The translations under genes and the position numbers were made by a program. DNA of 62,000 bases from contig NW_019091406.1 in NCBI RefSeq assembly GCF_001949145.1, positions 372,001 to 434,000 on the forward strand. The letters are read 5' to 3'. A model generated the notes under the pieces. That model was not told the origin of the DNA, made no database searches, and was given only the letters and a program-made list of their open reading frames with translations. Shown here piece after piece: positions 37,662-50,882 of the stretch (the first letter of the stretch is position 1; every line of letters starts with the position of its first letter). The DNA comes from Acanthaster planci (lineage: Eukaryota).

Positions 37662-40600
37662 GGCCCCAGCCTCAGCAAGGATGGCGGGTAGCATTACTCC
37701 AAACCCTACCTTGATCTCCCAGATATCGGGTCTGACTGCAGTCAGCTTTCTCATGACCCCTAACATGGGGTCAGCTTAATAATTCTAGTAACCATGCACT
37801 ATTTTGTACTGCTTAATTTTCAAATCTCTCAGTTACCTGCGTTTACATCCATCCGCTTGGGAGAAAAGAGGGGTGTATTTCATGTATTTAACCAGTGGGC
37901 GTATTTCATCTATTTAACCATGTATTACATGTAGGTATTTGCACAAGGCCATTTAAGAATCAGGGTTTCACAGTAACAATTCAAGGTTGAGATCATGAAA
38001 CAGCAGCAGACAGATGTAGCACTTATGTATACGAATGTGTCTGCAGGAGCAGACGGCTGTTACATACACACTTTATTCCTGAGGTTTTAAGTATTCATGG
38101 TTTGGGGTTTACAAGGAGTTTACAAGTTTCATGGAGCTAGTAAGTGCAGAAAATATTTGATTTAGCCAATGCCAGTTACTTACTGGTAGTCCTTACACAC
38201 GGTCAAACACTAAGTTATGTCGTAATACAGCTCACCGAGGAGAGGGCATTGTGTTTCTTATTACAACTCACCAATGGATGCTGCATTAGCCGAGAGCTTG
38301 TCACTTGGCATTCACAGTTTTTGGTATCTTTTGATTTGTATGTTGAGCAACCGAAATACATGTTCTGTACTCGTAGATATCCAAAGAACTACATGTATAG
38401 GCATGACCACCGGAATTGTGTGCAAATGCATACAGGTGTGTGTATTGCGCACATCTCAATGTGCTAGCACTGCCGAGTTGGGTTCAGAGATTTTGTGAAG
38501 AGGTACATGTACTTTTATCCAAATTTAGAGCAAAGCTCTTATTTATTGAGAAGGTAACTAAATTCCCACTGAATTTTTAATTAGTTATTCAAAAATTAGC
38601 GTCCCCCCCAATGCACAGACCAAGTTGAGACATAGTTTCATTTTTGCACTGGTCTCTGCAAACAGATTGTGTGATTTGTTCTCTATATATATTAGCATGT
38701 TTGGTTTATTAGACCATGGAAATGTCTCATATTTTGTAATTTGAATTTTTGGATTTTTTTTGTAGATTGAATGTTGAGGCTGCCTTTTTAAAGGCCTTGC
38801 TGATCATGGTGCCTTTATTCAGACGTACACTTCAACAGTGGTTGTCCAATTATTTTCCCATCGTTTTGGGGGTATAACAATTAGTCTGGTCCACAGATTC
38901 CTTCCTATGGTGCAATTTTATGCAACAAAACGACGATGGCCATTTGTCAGTTGCCCCCGCCAGTTAACATGGAAAGCATACGAAGGCATTGTAGAGGCGC
39001 CTTTCTGTGTGTGCGTTAGCACTTGCGCCAAGCGTTGCGTCTCTGTCGGAATCATTGCCATGGTGATTTTGACGGCCGAGCACAGCACACACGTGTGTTT
39101 TGTTAATGGAGTCGATTTCCGTGAAAGTGAAATGCATTAACACATCATGTACACTACGCACCCAAAAATGCCTATCTGGAAAGATGCCTTAACACTCCCC
39201 CCCCATGCATTTTGTGTACTCATATGTAAGGGGAAAAATGGCTGACCCATTTAGCAAGCATTATGGAAACTTTCTACAATGGTGCACATGGATAATGAAA
39301 AAAGTTACACGAACAAAAATAAGTAAGGTTTCATAATGTGTAAATATTTTGGTTCCTCTTTGTTATGAACTTTTAACAGGCATTCAACAATTCCACGGGT
39401 GCTTGGAGTGTGTAGTTTGGAAAAAAATGCAATACACTTTTTCTGATAATCAGCATAATATCATATTTAATTCGTGCACGTTTGTAATCCAATCAAGTCA
39501 CTGGATTAGAGCGAGATTTTTTAACAGAAATATGTCTCACGTTATGGTGACTAGTTACTGATGGCAGACTTGGACATATTCTCAAACAACTCCTTGTCTT
39601 TGTGTGACCAATGAAATTTCTCATTGTGGTGGTGAAAAATAGAGTGAATATGTGACTCACGAGTCCTGCATGTTGTGTCTGAGTCATGAGAGTTGAGTCT
39701 GCGTCCAAGTCAGTGTTGTAACTGAGCTTTCACAAGTATTTTTCACTTGTCATCAGTAATGTGACTAGTACTTTCAGTACTAACAGCTGATGGAAAAGAA
39801 AGGATTGTCTTATAATTGACAAGTGATTACCTTATGGTATGCATCGATACTGGGATATTTGTGACCACTTCTGAAGATCCAGGAGTACTTTGAGAAGAAT
39901 TTTGAGTGCTGTGTAGCACTCGGCTACAACACTCTGGTCAGAGTCATTTGCTGACTGGACTTGTCTTGACACCAAGTCATAGAAATTGCAACCGGAGGTG
40001 GGGTCGAGTCTGGGTCCCGGACTTGGGTCACACAACTCAGTTACATCTGTAGCATAAAACTGCCAACAGCTTTTATCAGAGGGCACCTCAAACCTTGTCA
40101 TCACCACATTCCCATCTGATCTGAAAATACACATCTCGTTTAACATATGACAGTACTGAAAGGGTGCTTGTCCAATTCGGTTTAATCCAACCAAATATCA
40201 TAAAAATTTGGAAACACTGAAACCTTTGTTTTTTCCATTTCTATGACTTGTAAACCCTAGTATTATTGTTAAATTAAACGCTATAGGTGATCTAACGAAC
40301 TTGTTTAGACTGCTCTCTTTCCAAAATACTTCGCCATTTGCATGAGGTCTGTTATCAGAAAGCATGAGCTGTACTGTATGGAAGTAAAATTTTCTTTTTT
40401 TCTGTTTAATTCATACTCTGAAACATGTCCAGAGTTGTATGTCGAGGTGAACTCTCTGTATTTTTTAACAATGTACATGTTCATATCAGTGCCTTGTAAC
40501 TGGATTTCCTGAGTCATATGTCTAGGAATGGTATATTTCTGTGTTTTGAAACAGTGCATGGGTTGTGAAACATTCCCGTGACTTATCAAGAGCATGCAGC

Positions 40601-41785
40601 ATAGTTATGCATATTGATGGCATTTTTAGTGTACTTTCACTGACTACAACGCGGGTCTGGGAAGGGAGTGCTGACTTTGTCGTTGAGGATAAATTTCTCA
40701 GAGGGCACGATGTAAGCCTGATTTCCATATGGTTGTAACGATCACGGACAGCACTCGACGTGTCAAGATGCAGACAGTCATGGAAGAGATGCTGCGTGAT
40801 GTCATTACATAAAAATATGAAACAAATGGATCGGAAACTTAAAACTGTTTGCATCAAATGCCATTTTTAGGTGATGATACCTCCTCGAGAAGTCAGATAT
40901 TCCAGTTTGATTTATTTTGGTCAGCAATTTTGTTGACAATGGGGTTGTAATATGTCCTTAATAGAGAGAAAACGTGCAAAATGAGTGCCACTGAGTGAGA
41001 GAGAGACATCACTGTATGCCATCCAAGGCCAGCTTGGTGTGTTTGTACAGGCTTACACCTGGCGACTCAACACAGACAGTGGGGAGAGTTACATCAATTG
41101 ATGACTGTTGCCATCCCTGTTTATGTCAGTCACATGAAAGTATTTCTGCATGATTGTGTATCGTCACAAAGCGACGGGTGGTGCTCTGTGCATCTCTCTC
41201 TGTTGATAAGGAAACCGGGCTTTACAGAAAACAGAGACAAACTTTGCACCATAGTTTTTTTGCGACAAGTCTCTGCCAGAGGTCAGGGAAGGATGTTTGC
41301 TGTCTTGCACTGCGTGCCATCTTGCCCTGTCTTCATCATGGGTCTTCTGGATGCATGAATGTCTTTTAAAATTACAGATCACGTACATGTATGTGCCTTG
41401 AAATTTCATCCTGCAAAAATACCCTGCAAGGTAACATCGGATGTGTTTAAAGTGCATTTTTAATTATATCAAACCTGTAAATCAAATGTAAGTTATTCAA
41501 ACAAAGCACTCCTGAATATTGTGACCGTCAGTGGTGCTTTGCAGTATAACATTAAATCTTTGTAGCTAATCCAAAAAAAGTGAATCTCCACCCTTTCTGT
41601 ACTTCAACTCGGTGTCAAACTGTAGTGTCCCATTGTTTAGTGTGCCCTGCCTCGATCTGATGGCTAGATTTATTGCCTTGAGAGCATGCAATCACAGGGA
41701 ACATTTTTCTGAGGGTGAAACAGCAATTGGGGGGGGGGAGCCTATTTACCCATGCAGATGTAAAATGCACAGCACTGACAAAAGA

Positions 41786-42053
41786 CCAGAAAACTTCGGC
41801 CAGACTTTAACTGGATTAACTTAGTTCATGATGATGTAGGTTATATGAAGTTTCCAGAGTTTTATCACATACCACATGCACTCAACAGTGCATTCATACT
41901 TGGCTGCATCACACTTTTTTTTTCCAGAAAACTTTGGCCAGACTTTAACTGGATTAACTTAGTTCATGATGTAGGTTATGTGAAGTTTCCAGAGTTTTAT
42001 CACATACCACATGCACTCAACAGTGCATTCATACTTGGCTGCATCACACTTTT
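41786..42053. repeat. Tandem duplication of about 135 bp
   Basis: CCAGAAAACTT.GGCCAGACTTTAACTGG...GGCTGCATCACACTTTT occurs twice with few differences. Confidence 0.9.
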
Positions 42054-42404
42054 GATTATTTTCACAATACAGGTGTAGATGTCATTTGTTTATTTTTTTG
42101 GATTAATTGATGGAAAATGGCTATCATGAAATATATGGCTGACATGGCCATCACAGTGACAAATTCTTCCTTTTGTTTCCCTTTATTTTTCCTGCAACTT
42201 GTGGTCTTAAGATCGCTTAAACGTCTATTTTTTTTTGTCCTATTACGAAAAGTAGAATAAAATGGGGTACTACATGAAGTTGTGCTATTTATATACAATT
42301 TGGTTATAGATTGAGCAATATCTCAAAAGACTGGCATTTGGCCAATTTTAGTTTATGTCCCATCTGCTCAGGTCTAACAGCCAGCTGTCCACACCTGCCC
42401 CGAT

Positions 42405-42524
42405 GCCAACAATAGACGAGGTATGCCCCCACAACAATAGACGAGGTATGCCCCCACAACAATAGACAAGGTATGCCCCACAACAATAGACAGGGTATGC
42501 CCCACAACAATAGACAAGGTATGC
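42405..42524. repeat. 24-25 bp minisatellite next to an assembly gap
   Basis: (CCCCACAACAATAGACAAGGTATG) x about 5. Confidence 0.9.
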
Positions 42525-45500
42525 CAAGGTAGGAGACAGTCTGAAACATATGCAGCAAGGTATGANNNNNNNNNNNNNNNNNNNNNNNNNNNNNNNNNNN
42601 NNNNNNNNNNNNNNNNNNNNNNNNNNNNNNNNNNNNNNNNNNNNNNNNNNNNNNNNNNNNNNNNNNNNNNNNNNNNNNNNNNNNNNNNNNNNNNNNNNNN
42701 NNNNNNNNNNNNNNNNNNNNNNNNNNNNNNNNNNNNNNNNNNNNNNNNNNNNNNNNNNNNNNNNNNNNNNNNNNNNNNNNNNNNNNNNNNNNNNNNNNNN
42801 NNNNNNNNNNNNNNNNNNNNNNNNNNNNNNNNNNNNNNNNNNNNNNNNNNNNNNNNNNNNNNNNNNNNNNNNNNNNNNNNNNNNNNNNNNNNNNNNNNNN
42901 NNNNNNNNNNNNNNNNNNNNNNNNNNNNNNNNNNNNNNNNNNNNNNNNNNNNNNNNNNNNNNNNNNNNNNNNNNNNNNNNNNNNNNNNNNNNNNNNNNNN
43001 NNNNNNNNNNNNNNNNNNNNNNNNNNNNNNNNNNNNNNNNNNNNNNNNNNNNNNNNNNNNNNNNNNNNNNNNNNNNNNNNNNNNNNNNNNNNNNNNNNNN
43101 NNNNNNNNNNNNNNNNNNNNNNNNNNNNNNNNNNNNNNNNNNNNNNNNNNNNNNNNNNNNNNNNNNNNNNNNNNNNNNNNNNNNNNNNNNNNNNNNNNNN
43201 NNNNNNNNNNNNNNNNNNNNNNNNNNNNNNNNNNNNNNNNNNNNNNNNNNNNNNNNNNNNNNNNNNNNNNNNNNNNNNNNNNNNNNNAAAGTGTATAGGG
43301 ATTGGACGTGGGGGGGTACCCCTCGGTCTCATTTCTTGCTGGGCGGGATAGTCTGAAACCTGCCAGACATGAGGAGGAAGGTTGTACAAGGTTCAACAAA
43401 CTTTGCCTATTTCCAGTGAGAACTTCCCTAGAGTTGACCCACCACCTGACCACTGAGGTAAGCAGCTTTGCCTAATACATGAATGCTGTGAACATGTACA
43501 AATGGCTTACAATCGTATTAGCCGAGATTACGCTGTTGGTTGTGTACATCAATATGGTGCAGTTCTAAATTGCCCTACCACAACATGATTAATTTTAGAA
43601 TCAATGTTCCCTTGGGGTCTTTTTGGATGGCTGGATGTGTAGCGTTTGAGCTCTGTAGAAACATTCATTACCTTTGAAAGATCAAGTGTGTTATACACGG
43701 ACTTCAGATGCATGTAATTTGAGACCCCCCTAAAAAAGCCTTCCCCCAACGTTTTGTCAGCTGGAAAAATTATAGAACTTGTTAAAGTCAAACCAAATAC
43801 TAAATCTGATCTCACTAAATTGTGGCCCGTCCCCCATACAAATATGGCCAGAAAATGTGATTTGTTTTTCCAAAATTATTTCAGTGCATTTGTCAACAAA
43901 ATACACATACACAAAAGTCAACAAAGCAGTTGGATGCATTTGTATGCATCAAAACAACTAAAACTACAAAGTCATTGGTGGAGACATTTACTCTCCTTAC
44001 TCAACTTTTCCAATTTCAACACCACACATCCCCACCCCCAGATGTGCGCTGTGGCATTAAGGTTTAGACTGACCATGCAGCCAGCAAAACTTTCTGTTTC
44101 ACCTGCGTCACTTGGCTGGCTGCCAAGAGGCCATGAACACCTGCCCTCAGGGGTCCAGAGGGCAACACCAGTATTTTGCAACACTCCCACCCCATTTCAT
44201 CATCCACCTGGACCAGCTGTTTGCAACTTGTGAACTCTCTGAAGGCCAACAAACTTTTTAATTCTCCGTGACTTCATAATCTCAAAGGGGAACACACACC
44301 AAATATTACATAAACAACTTCAAAAGTTTTACATGTAGAAAACTTTAAGAAATCAAATCCACTCCCAAGACATGAACTTCATACTTTGGGGACTGGGTAG
44401 GCATCTACAGTTCTTAGATAAAAGCATCAAATGCACCAAAAACAGTAAATTGAAAGCAGCAATGCATGAGCATTGCTAGACCATTTTAAATGGTAGGAGG
44501 TTGTATCATTCATGAGTGTACTGGTGGTCTAGTTCCCGAAACCCCCCATTCTTTTCCATTCTTGCTGATGGCACCAGAAGTTTGCCTATAGAACTGACTA
44601 ATGGGGGGAGGGCATGACCGTGTGACACCCCTACATCTCCCTCTAGCGTTGCATGTGCAGCTCTTGTGGCAACATCACTTAGTTGCCGAGTGTCACAAAA
44701 CCATAGTTTCTTCAGTGTACATGCACCGGTATGTGAACTTCAGCTGATGAATTCCTCTCTGTGGCATTTCTGTTGCCATGACAACCACATCTACCATCCA
44801 CTCCCATCAACTTGCCTCATTAGCACAATAAAAACTGTAAGAAACAATTGGAAACATATCTAAATTTTTTACGTGTTTCCTGTGGATGAATTGGAAAAGT
44901 GTAAAGCTGTTTGTGGGTTTCTGTATCAGCAAACTGGCCAATCAAGTTTTTGTTTTAGTCTAATAAATCCCCTGCATTACTGTTCACTCATGACAGAGAT
45001 TTCGCACAATGTCAAGCCATATGAACCCTCAACACTGTTGACTAACATACATGTACATGTAGTATTCATTTTCATCTGGACACCTGACGTACATAATCCA
45101 GTGGGAAGAAACAATGAAAACCTGTCGTGTTGCCCGATGCACTTGTAAACATTGCTCAAAACATGTCACTGGATTGCTCAATTCTTAGTTACACGATTAC
45201 AACCTACAATTTCCAAAATCTAACTTAGAGAAACAATCTTTTTGCATGGCACACATGGTGCAATTCTTAGCAATACTTTTGCCATCGACAAACACACACA
45301 CACCAGCACTGCCTGTCTGTAAAGCAGCAAAAATGACTCAGCATCCTCATTCATACCAAATTTGCATACCTGTGTTCTGATTGGCTGAGTGATGTACACA
45401 CCCCCACACACACCTCCAGCATGACCATATAAGGCAATGTTTTTGGTGCGCCTATGGTGGTTCTTTTCAAAGACAACACCACTACAAACCGAAACCCCAA

Positions 45501-46427
45501 ATTTTTTGTAGCTGTCTCTTTGTGTGTTTTGGGGAGAAGGGGCCTCTGGCGGAATCTGTACCTACATTGTGTTTGACTTTGTGGGACTATCTTTCTGGTA
45601 AACAGTGGCAAGTCACTGAATTCTAGCTGAGCTTGCAAACACAACTGGCACTGTTCCAAGTATTTACAGATCTCGGTGATAACAATAAATGTTTTTTTTG
45701 GGGGGGGGTGGAGGTGGGGACGAAGGTTAACACTGACTCCAAAATATTTCCCTGACAACAATTATCCTTCCATTGGGAGAAAGTTAAACTGCAGCCATCA
45801 AACTTCAGGGTTTTTTTTGTGATGATCACGACGGTTAATGCCTTGTTCAGGATTCATATATTACCTGCTGGTGTATACATGTAATACACACTTCCTATGC
45901 GGGGTCATTTCCTTGTGTTGTTAGATGTGGCAAGGGGCCCCTAGTTGGGTCGACCCACAAATCCTTTTATTATCTCCAGGTTTTTCCATTCAGTTCCAGC
46001 TTTGCTGTGTACTGTACATACGTTATTTTGGCTTTCCCCTGTTGGTCCAGACAGAAATTACAGGCCCCAAACAGGACAAAAAGGAAGTGTGCTTTCAAAA
46101 GAGTTGGCTATGCATGACCTCTCTGGAGGGCAGAGGATTGGCATGTACTTGTGTATATAAGTCCCCGCATAATCTGTTTGGGCAGATTTCCAGTTTCATT
46201 TCTCTTGTGCCAGACTTAACAGATAAAGTGTGCACTTGCTTAAAAAGTGGCTTCCAAAGTCATGCAGTGATGTCACTGGTAGCCATTTGACCGTGCATGT
46301 TTGTGCCAGTATATGTAATACAGCATACACAACAAAGATCACCAACTTCGGTTAACAGTATTCACTGCAAATTTCCTGACAGTTTCTGAGCTGACAAACT
46401 TCAGATTTTTAAAAATTGTTTGGCACC

Positions 46428-47633
46428 ATGGCATCTGGTGGTGACGAGAGGGTCTTCGATATGGTTGAATTGAAACGAGCACTGCTGCAGTGCATGGTGT
46501 GTAAAGAATCTCCATGCTCCGGCGAGGGTCTGAAGTTCAAGCTTCTAGAGTGTCATCACACCGTGTGCAAGGACTGCTTGGAGCAGATCATAAATAATGA
46601 GCGTGGCCTTGACCGTGGAGCTCTGCATTTCAGCTGTCCCGAGTGTCGACACCGCATGAACGTCCCAGCCCGCGGGGCAGACGGCATCCCGAACAACTTC
46701 ATTGCGCAGCAGATCCTGGACTTTGCCAACAGCTGCAAACCCAAGCATGACCCAGCCGACGGGGAGACATCATCATCGTTGGGGGGAGTCAGATGCGGTG
46801 GGTGCCAAGGCGTGATCAGGCAGGTCCAACACTGGTGCATCCTCTGCATGTACCTGTGCGACAGGTGCACATGGCGGCACCGCGACGACAAGGCACTGCG
46901 GCACCACACTGTCTTCGTCCCCGCCCGGAGCTCCGAGGGAGGGTGGGGCGAGGCAGCAGCCAGTGACGACTCTGGCTTCTGCCCGACCCACAACCATTGC
47001 CGGCTGGACTTCTACTGCCGCACCTGTAACGTGCCCCTCTGCAAAATTTGCAAAGAGCTCTGCCACACTCCTGGCCCTCGGCACTCAATCTGCGATATCT
47101 CCAAGGTGGCCCAGGAGAGCCGGGCAGAGCTGGACCGCCTCCTGGAGGCAGTGACTGAGCAACAGAAACTAGCCAGCGAAACTTTCCGCCAAATCCGCCA
47201 AGAGGAGGAGTGCATCAACGCCGAGCGCAGCAGGGCCAAGAAGAGGCTGAGGGCTTTCATCTGCGAGTGCCACAACATCCTGGCCAGACGGGAGATGGCA
47301 CTGACGGGATCCGTCGAGCACCGCGCCCAGCAGAGGTCCAAGTGCCTCCTCTACTCCAAGGAACAAGTCCGCCACCTGCTGACCCGGATTGGCAGTAGCA
47401 TGGAGTATGCCAACCTGATCAAGAAGGAGCATGCTCCGCTCTCCGTCATCCGCGCAGCCACCGTCATGAAGCCAGCCCTGCTTGAGATAGCACAGGCCAG
47501 GCTGGACACAGACATCCAGAATGGCGACGCCTTTTTGTCAATGACGGAAGCAGATCTCCAGTTTGATATTGCCACCTTTAGATACATGGTTTCTCTCCTA
47601 GGAAAATCCCAGGTAGATGGTATATCTGAATAA
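46428..47633 (+). CDS. TRIM/RBCC protein (RING, B-box1, B-box2, coiled coil), 401 aa, single coding exon
   Basis: accATGG Kozak; RING CMVC...LECHHTVCKDC...CPEC followed by NNF; B-box1 CGGC..WCILCMYLCDRC..H..HH; B-box2 CPTH...FYCRTCNVPLCKIC...H..H; helical region follows. Confidence 0.92.
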   Translation: MASGGDERVFDMVELKRALLQCMVCKESPCSGEGLKFKLLECHHTVCKDCLEQIINNERGLDRGALHFSCPECRHRMNVPARGADGIPNNFIAQQILDFANSCKPKHDPADGETSSSLGGVRCGGCQGVIRQVQHWCILCMYLCDRCTWRHRDDKALRHHTVFVPARSSEGGWGEAAASDDSGFCPTHNHCRLDFYCRTCNVPLCKICKELCHTPGPRHSICDISKVAQESRAELDRLLEAVTEQQKLASETFRQIRQEEECINAERSRAKKRLRAFICECHNILARREMALTGSVEHRAQQRSKCLLYSKEQVRHLLTRIGSSMEYANLIKKEHAPLSVIRAATVMKPALLEIAQARLDTDIQNGDAFLSMTEADLQFDIATFRYMVSLLGKSQVDGISE

Positions 47634-48319
47634 GGCCACTGTAACAATCTGCCACAATGCAAAGGCAGTGCCCACAAACTTAACCTCTACAATTAAATGA
47701 AAAGTATTGCTTGTCCGAAGCCAAAACGCACATATGTACCACAGTTTTACAGTAGTATTTGCACGAAATGTTCTTCACATCTGCACAGCGCACAACGTTT
47801 GATTGATTAAAACCAATGGGGTATGCTATGCTGTAAATATTACAGCCGTGGACAGTTGGTGGTGGAAGTTGGGTTCTTTTATTAGGTGGAAAATTGCTCA
47901 AGAAAGGATGGGCTTTGTGAATTTATTGGTTTGTTATACATTTACGAATTCTATAAACCTAACAGTATCTAATCCTCCAATTTAATTTTTTCCACATGTC
48001 CTTTTCTTTTCTTTCTTTCTTAATACATTCTTTTTCTATTTCTGAGTAATGCTATTTCTCATGGTACTCACGTGCTATAAAATCAGTTACCGGTTTAAAT
48101 TGAGGTTGTCTGACAAAATAAAGGCAAGCAACCCTATTGGGGTGATCACTCCTTTTGTGACTGTGGAGTCACAAGTATTGTCGTGGCAGATGCCAAAACT
48201 GCCACAAGGAGAATTCTTCGCAAAACTGGCTGCGTCCTCTTGAAGATGAAAAAAAAATTCACCTAGTACCCAAAGACTTCATCAAATATCGAGTTCCGTA
48301 ACTTCGGTGCCAAGTCCAT

Positions 48320-48369
48320 CTATCCTTGTCCTGACAACGTCTTCTCCTTGTTGAGCTCCTGAAGGTTTT
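48320..48369 (-). CDS. ASDURF: ASDURF exon 4 (terminal)
   Basis: ttgcccgcAG acceptor, (K)NLQELNKEKTLSGQG-TAG; phase 1 fits; resembles human KNILDELKKE. Confidence 0.75.
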
Positions 48370-48721
48370 CTGCGGGCAAACAAAAGACAGTTGTACCTTA
48401 CAAAACAAATCCAAATTGACAGCGCTGGGACTGACCGAGGCAAGACAATGTGGAATAAAAAAGAATCTTGGAGGATTGAGGACTGTTAATGTCTGGTCTA
48501 CCTCTCTGAATACAAGTTATCAGATATTTAAATTCAAGGATGTACGTGCTCATGTATATATTATAGTTGTCCAATGTTTTGTCTTTTAGCACCATGTAAA
48601 GGTCTGCTTTATTTAAATGCAACAGTAATACAATGGTTTCCACATATTTATTATCTTTATAATATTTATTATCCATTTCTGTTCTTGTAGCTTGAGGGAA
48701 CAAGGCAACTTTGAGTCTTAC

Positions 48722-48797
48722 TTTGGCACTCTTTTTGACACTGGTTTATGTTGCTGAGGAAATAAACATTGCTGTTTGGTTGCTGTTGATAGACACG
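48722..48797 (-). CDS. ASDURF: ASDURF exon 3
   Basis: ttttttcAG|RVYQQQPNSNVYFLSNINQCQKECQ|GTAAGA; matches the ASDURF hallmark KVYRQQQNSNIFFL. Confidence 0.88.
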
Positions 48798-50828
48798 CTG
48801 AAAAAAGAAATAAAAACGGAATAAAATTAGAACAGGAAAGAGGTTATAGGAGAACAAGTCAAATCACAAGTTGGTGCACAAACTGATACAATGTATCCAT
48901 TATTTTTAATATTGGTTGTGAAAAATACATTATGCAGTTTCTAGACAGAAAGACTTCTTGGAAATGCCAGTGGTGGACAGTAGCATTGTAAATTTTTCCC
49001 CNNNNNNNNNNNNNNNNNNNNNNNNNNNNNNNNNNNNNNNNNNNNNNNNNNNNNNNNNNNNNNNNNNGAAAACTTAAATTTTGTATGCGTCGCATTTCCT
49101 TTATTTTTTGGTTAATTTTGAATCGTTACCCATATTTTTACACTCTGTGGGCGAATGAGTTTCAATAAATGAATTGACAGGAATGGCCTACAGCTCTTTT
49201 CAGGTTAAATTTTCATTAAAGTACCACTCTGCCATCATTAAGTGCCATGGGACTTTACCATGAAATTATGAAATTAATCCCTCAGGGATGTTTTGCAGAT
49301 GTTTACCCAAAGCTTACTGGGTTAATCCTGCAAGGGATTTTTTTCACCGATTGTTAGTGAAACCTAACTGCACACCATTTAAAATTGAGGGTGGATCTCC
49401 GCCAAAAAAAGCAACTCAATAATAACAATCATTTTCTCCAAAAAATAAATGTCAGAGACTGTTATTTTTCGTGTCAAATTGAAGATTATAATGATATCTT
49501 TTCCAACTGGAAGACTTCATTTAAACTTTGATGATGCCTTGTGCAGATAATTGCTATTACATGAGACAAGTGCTTTCATGTTCTGTACAATGGAATTACC
49601 ATAGCACGTTCAAGCTCTTTAATACCGTTTAACATACATGTATGCGATCATTGGCAATTCCTGCAAAATGAGGAAACTGAACTGGACACGGTTCTGTTAT
49701 GTTACAACCTCTTTTATTTTTCACCAATAAACAAACAAGATCCTGAAATAGTTCAAAGTGGTTAAAATTCCAGACGACCGACCAACAACTAAACACTTCA
49801 GCAGGTAAACTTAGCTTTGACCAAGGCATTGGGCGAATCTGGCCTATACGGTTGCAGCACCTGTTCACGATGGTCTAGCCCCGAGGCTGTTAAAGTGCAT
49901 CAATTCTGCATGTGTTGCTTGCTAATATTCACTATGCATACTCACATGCACATGCCCTGAGCACGAGACCAGTCTGTAACCAAATGACCTGTTATACATG
50001 ACACGCAGAGTACACGCACACGTACATACACAGGTGAATGCACTGCACCATGTACATGTACAGTACATAATACAATGTACAGTACATGAGTCCGTCCACA
50101 TAGCTTGATCTGTGGGTTGACCATAGTGCTTAATTGTAGGCTACCTGTCCAAACAGGCATTAGTGGCCCAATAATGTCCTCTCGACAAAGAAATGCCGAG
50201 ACCTTCTCGGATAAGGATAACTGCGCAGGTTCAGCTGAAGCTGCTTTCTCTAAAACAAACTTTCTGAAACTGCACAATAATTGACAACCATTGCCTTCTG
50301 AATATAAATGTACAGTATACATGTATGTACTGTCAGTATTTACGAATGGTCAAATCTACGTGTACATCTGTCTACACACAGGCATCATGTTTCATCAAGT
50401 TCACAGCTCAGTGGAAAGGATCTTAGAAAAAAATGTGAAGAACCCAAACAGTTGCCTGATAATTTAAGATTTCAATTCAGTGACTGCATGAGCAATTTAA
50501 ACAGTATAAAATTCCATCGGAGACAACAAAAAACAAAGCGTTGTGTGTCGACAATTAAGGCACTACCATTTGAATGAAGTCCTCAGTTTTGAAAAGAGAA
50601 CATCTTAATCTTTCATTTGATACCAAATTACCAATTTCTGATTTATTGTTATGGTGATGGGAGGAAATGTCACTTTTGAGTTTTCTTGGGGGAGCGGTTA
50701 TCCTGTACAAGAAAATTAGGTTACGGGCCACCAAACAGTACCTGTTCTAGCAACACTTTCATTGTAGTAATAATAGTATTTACAGCTCGCTTGTGTTTCA
50801 AATTTCTATGCTACATGTATGTACTCAC

Positions 50829-50882
50829 ACGCCCTTTCTTCAATGTCTTCAATTCGTTCTTCAGAACTGCCTGCTCCTTAAT
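50829..50882 (-). CDS. ASDURF: ASDURF exon 2
   Basis: gtgtgcAG|IKEQAVLKNELKTLKKGR|GTGAGT; matches human IKEQKIVVDELSNLKKNR. Confidence 0.85.

Noticed and set aside
38830..38846. IRE-like C-TTCAA-CAGTGG-TTGTC in the presumed SLC11 3' UTR; the 5' half resembles a ferritin IRE
   Set aside because: Only 3 of 5 upper-stem pairs form, the sixth loop base is G and there is no lower stem. Other CAGTG sites at 37.7-42.3 kb also fail, so no canonical IRE is supported.
42405..42524. Direct repeats that could look like a CRISPR array
   Set aside because: Units are contiguous with no unique spacers, there are no cas genes and the context is eukaryotic
42304..43453. Three long ORFs of 268-361 aa
   Set aside because: Artefacts of translating through the N gap and a minisatellite
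45220..45411. Minus-strand ORF listed as starting MCGG, superficially like the ASNSD1 start MCGI
   Set aside because: It starts at GTG, is only 63 aa and shows no glutamine amidotransferase-like motifs
46545..47677. Several antisense and alternate-frame ORFs over the TRIM gene
   Set aside because: Shadow ORFs of GC-rich coding sequence with no recognisable domains
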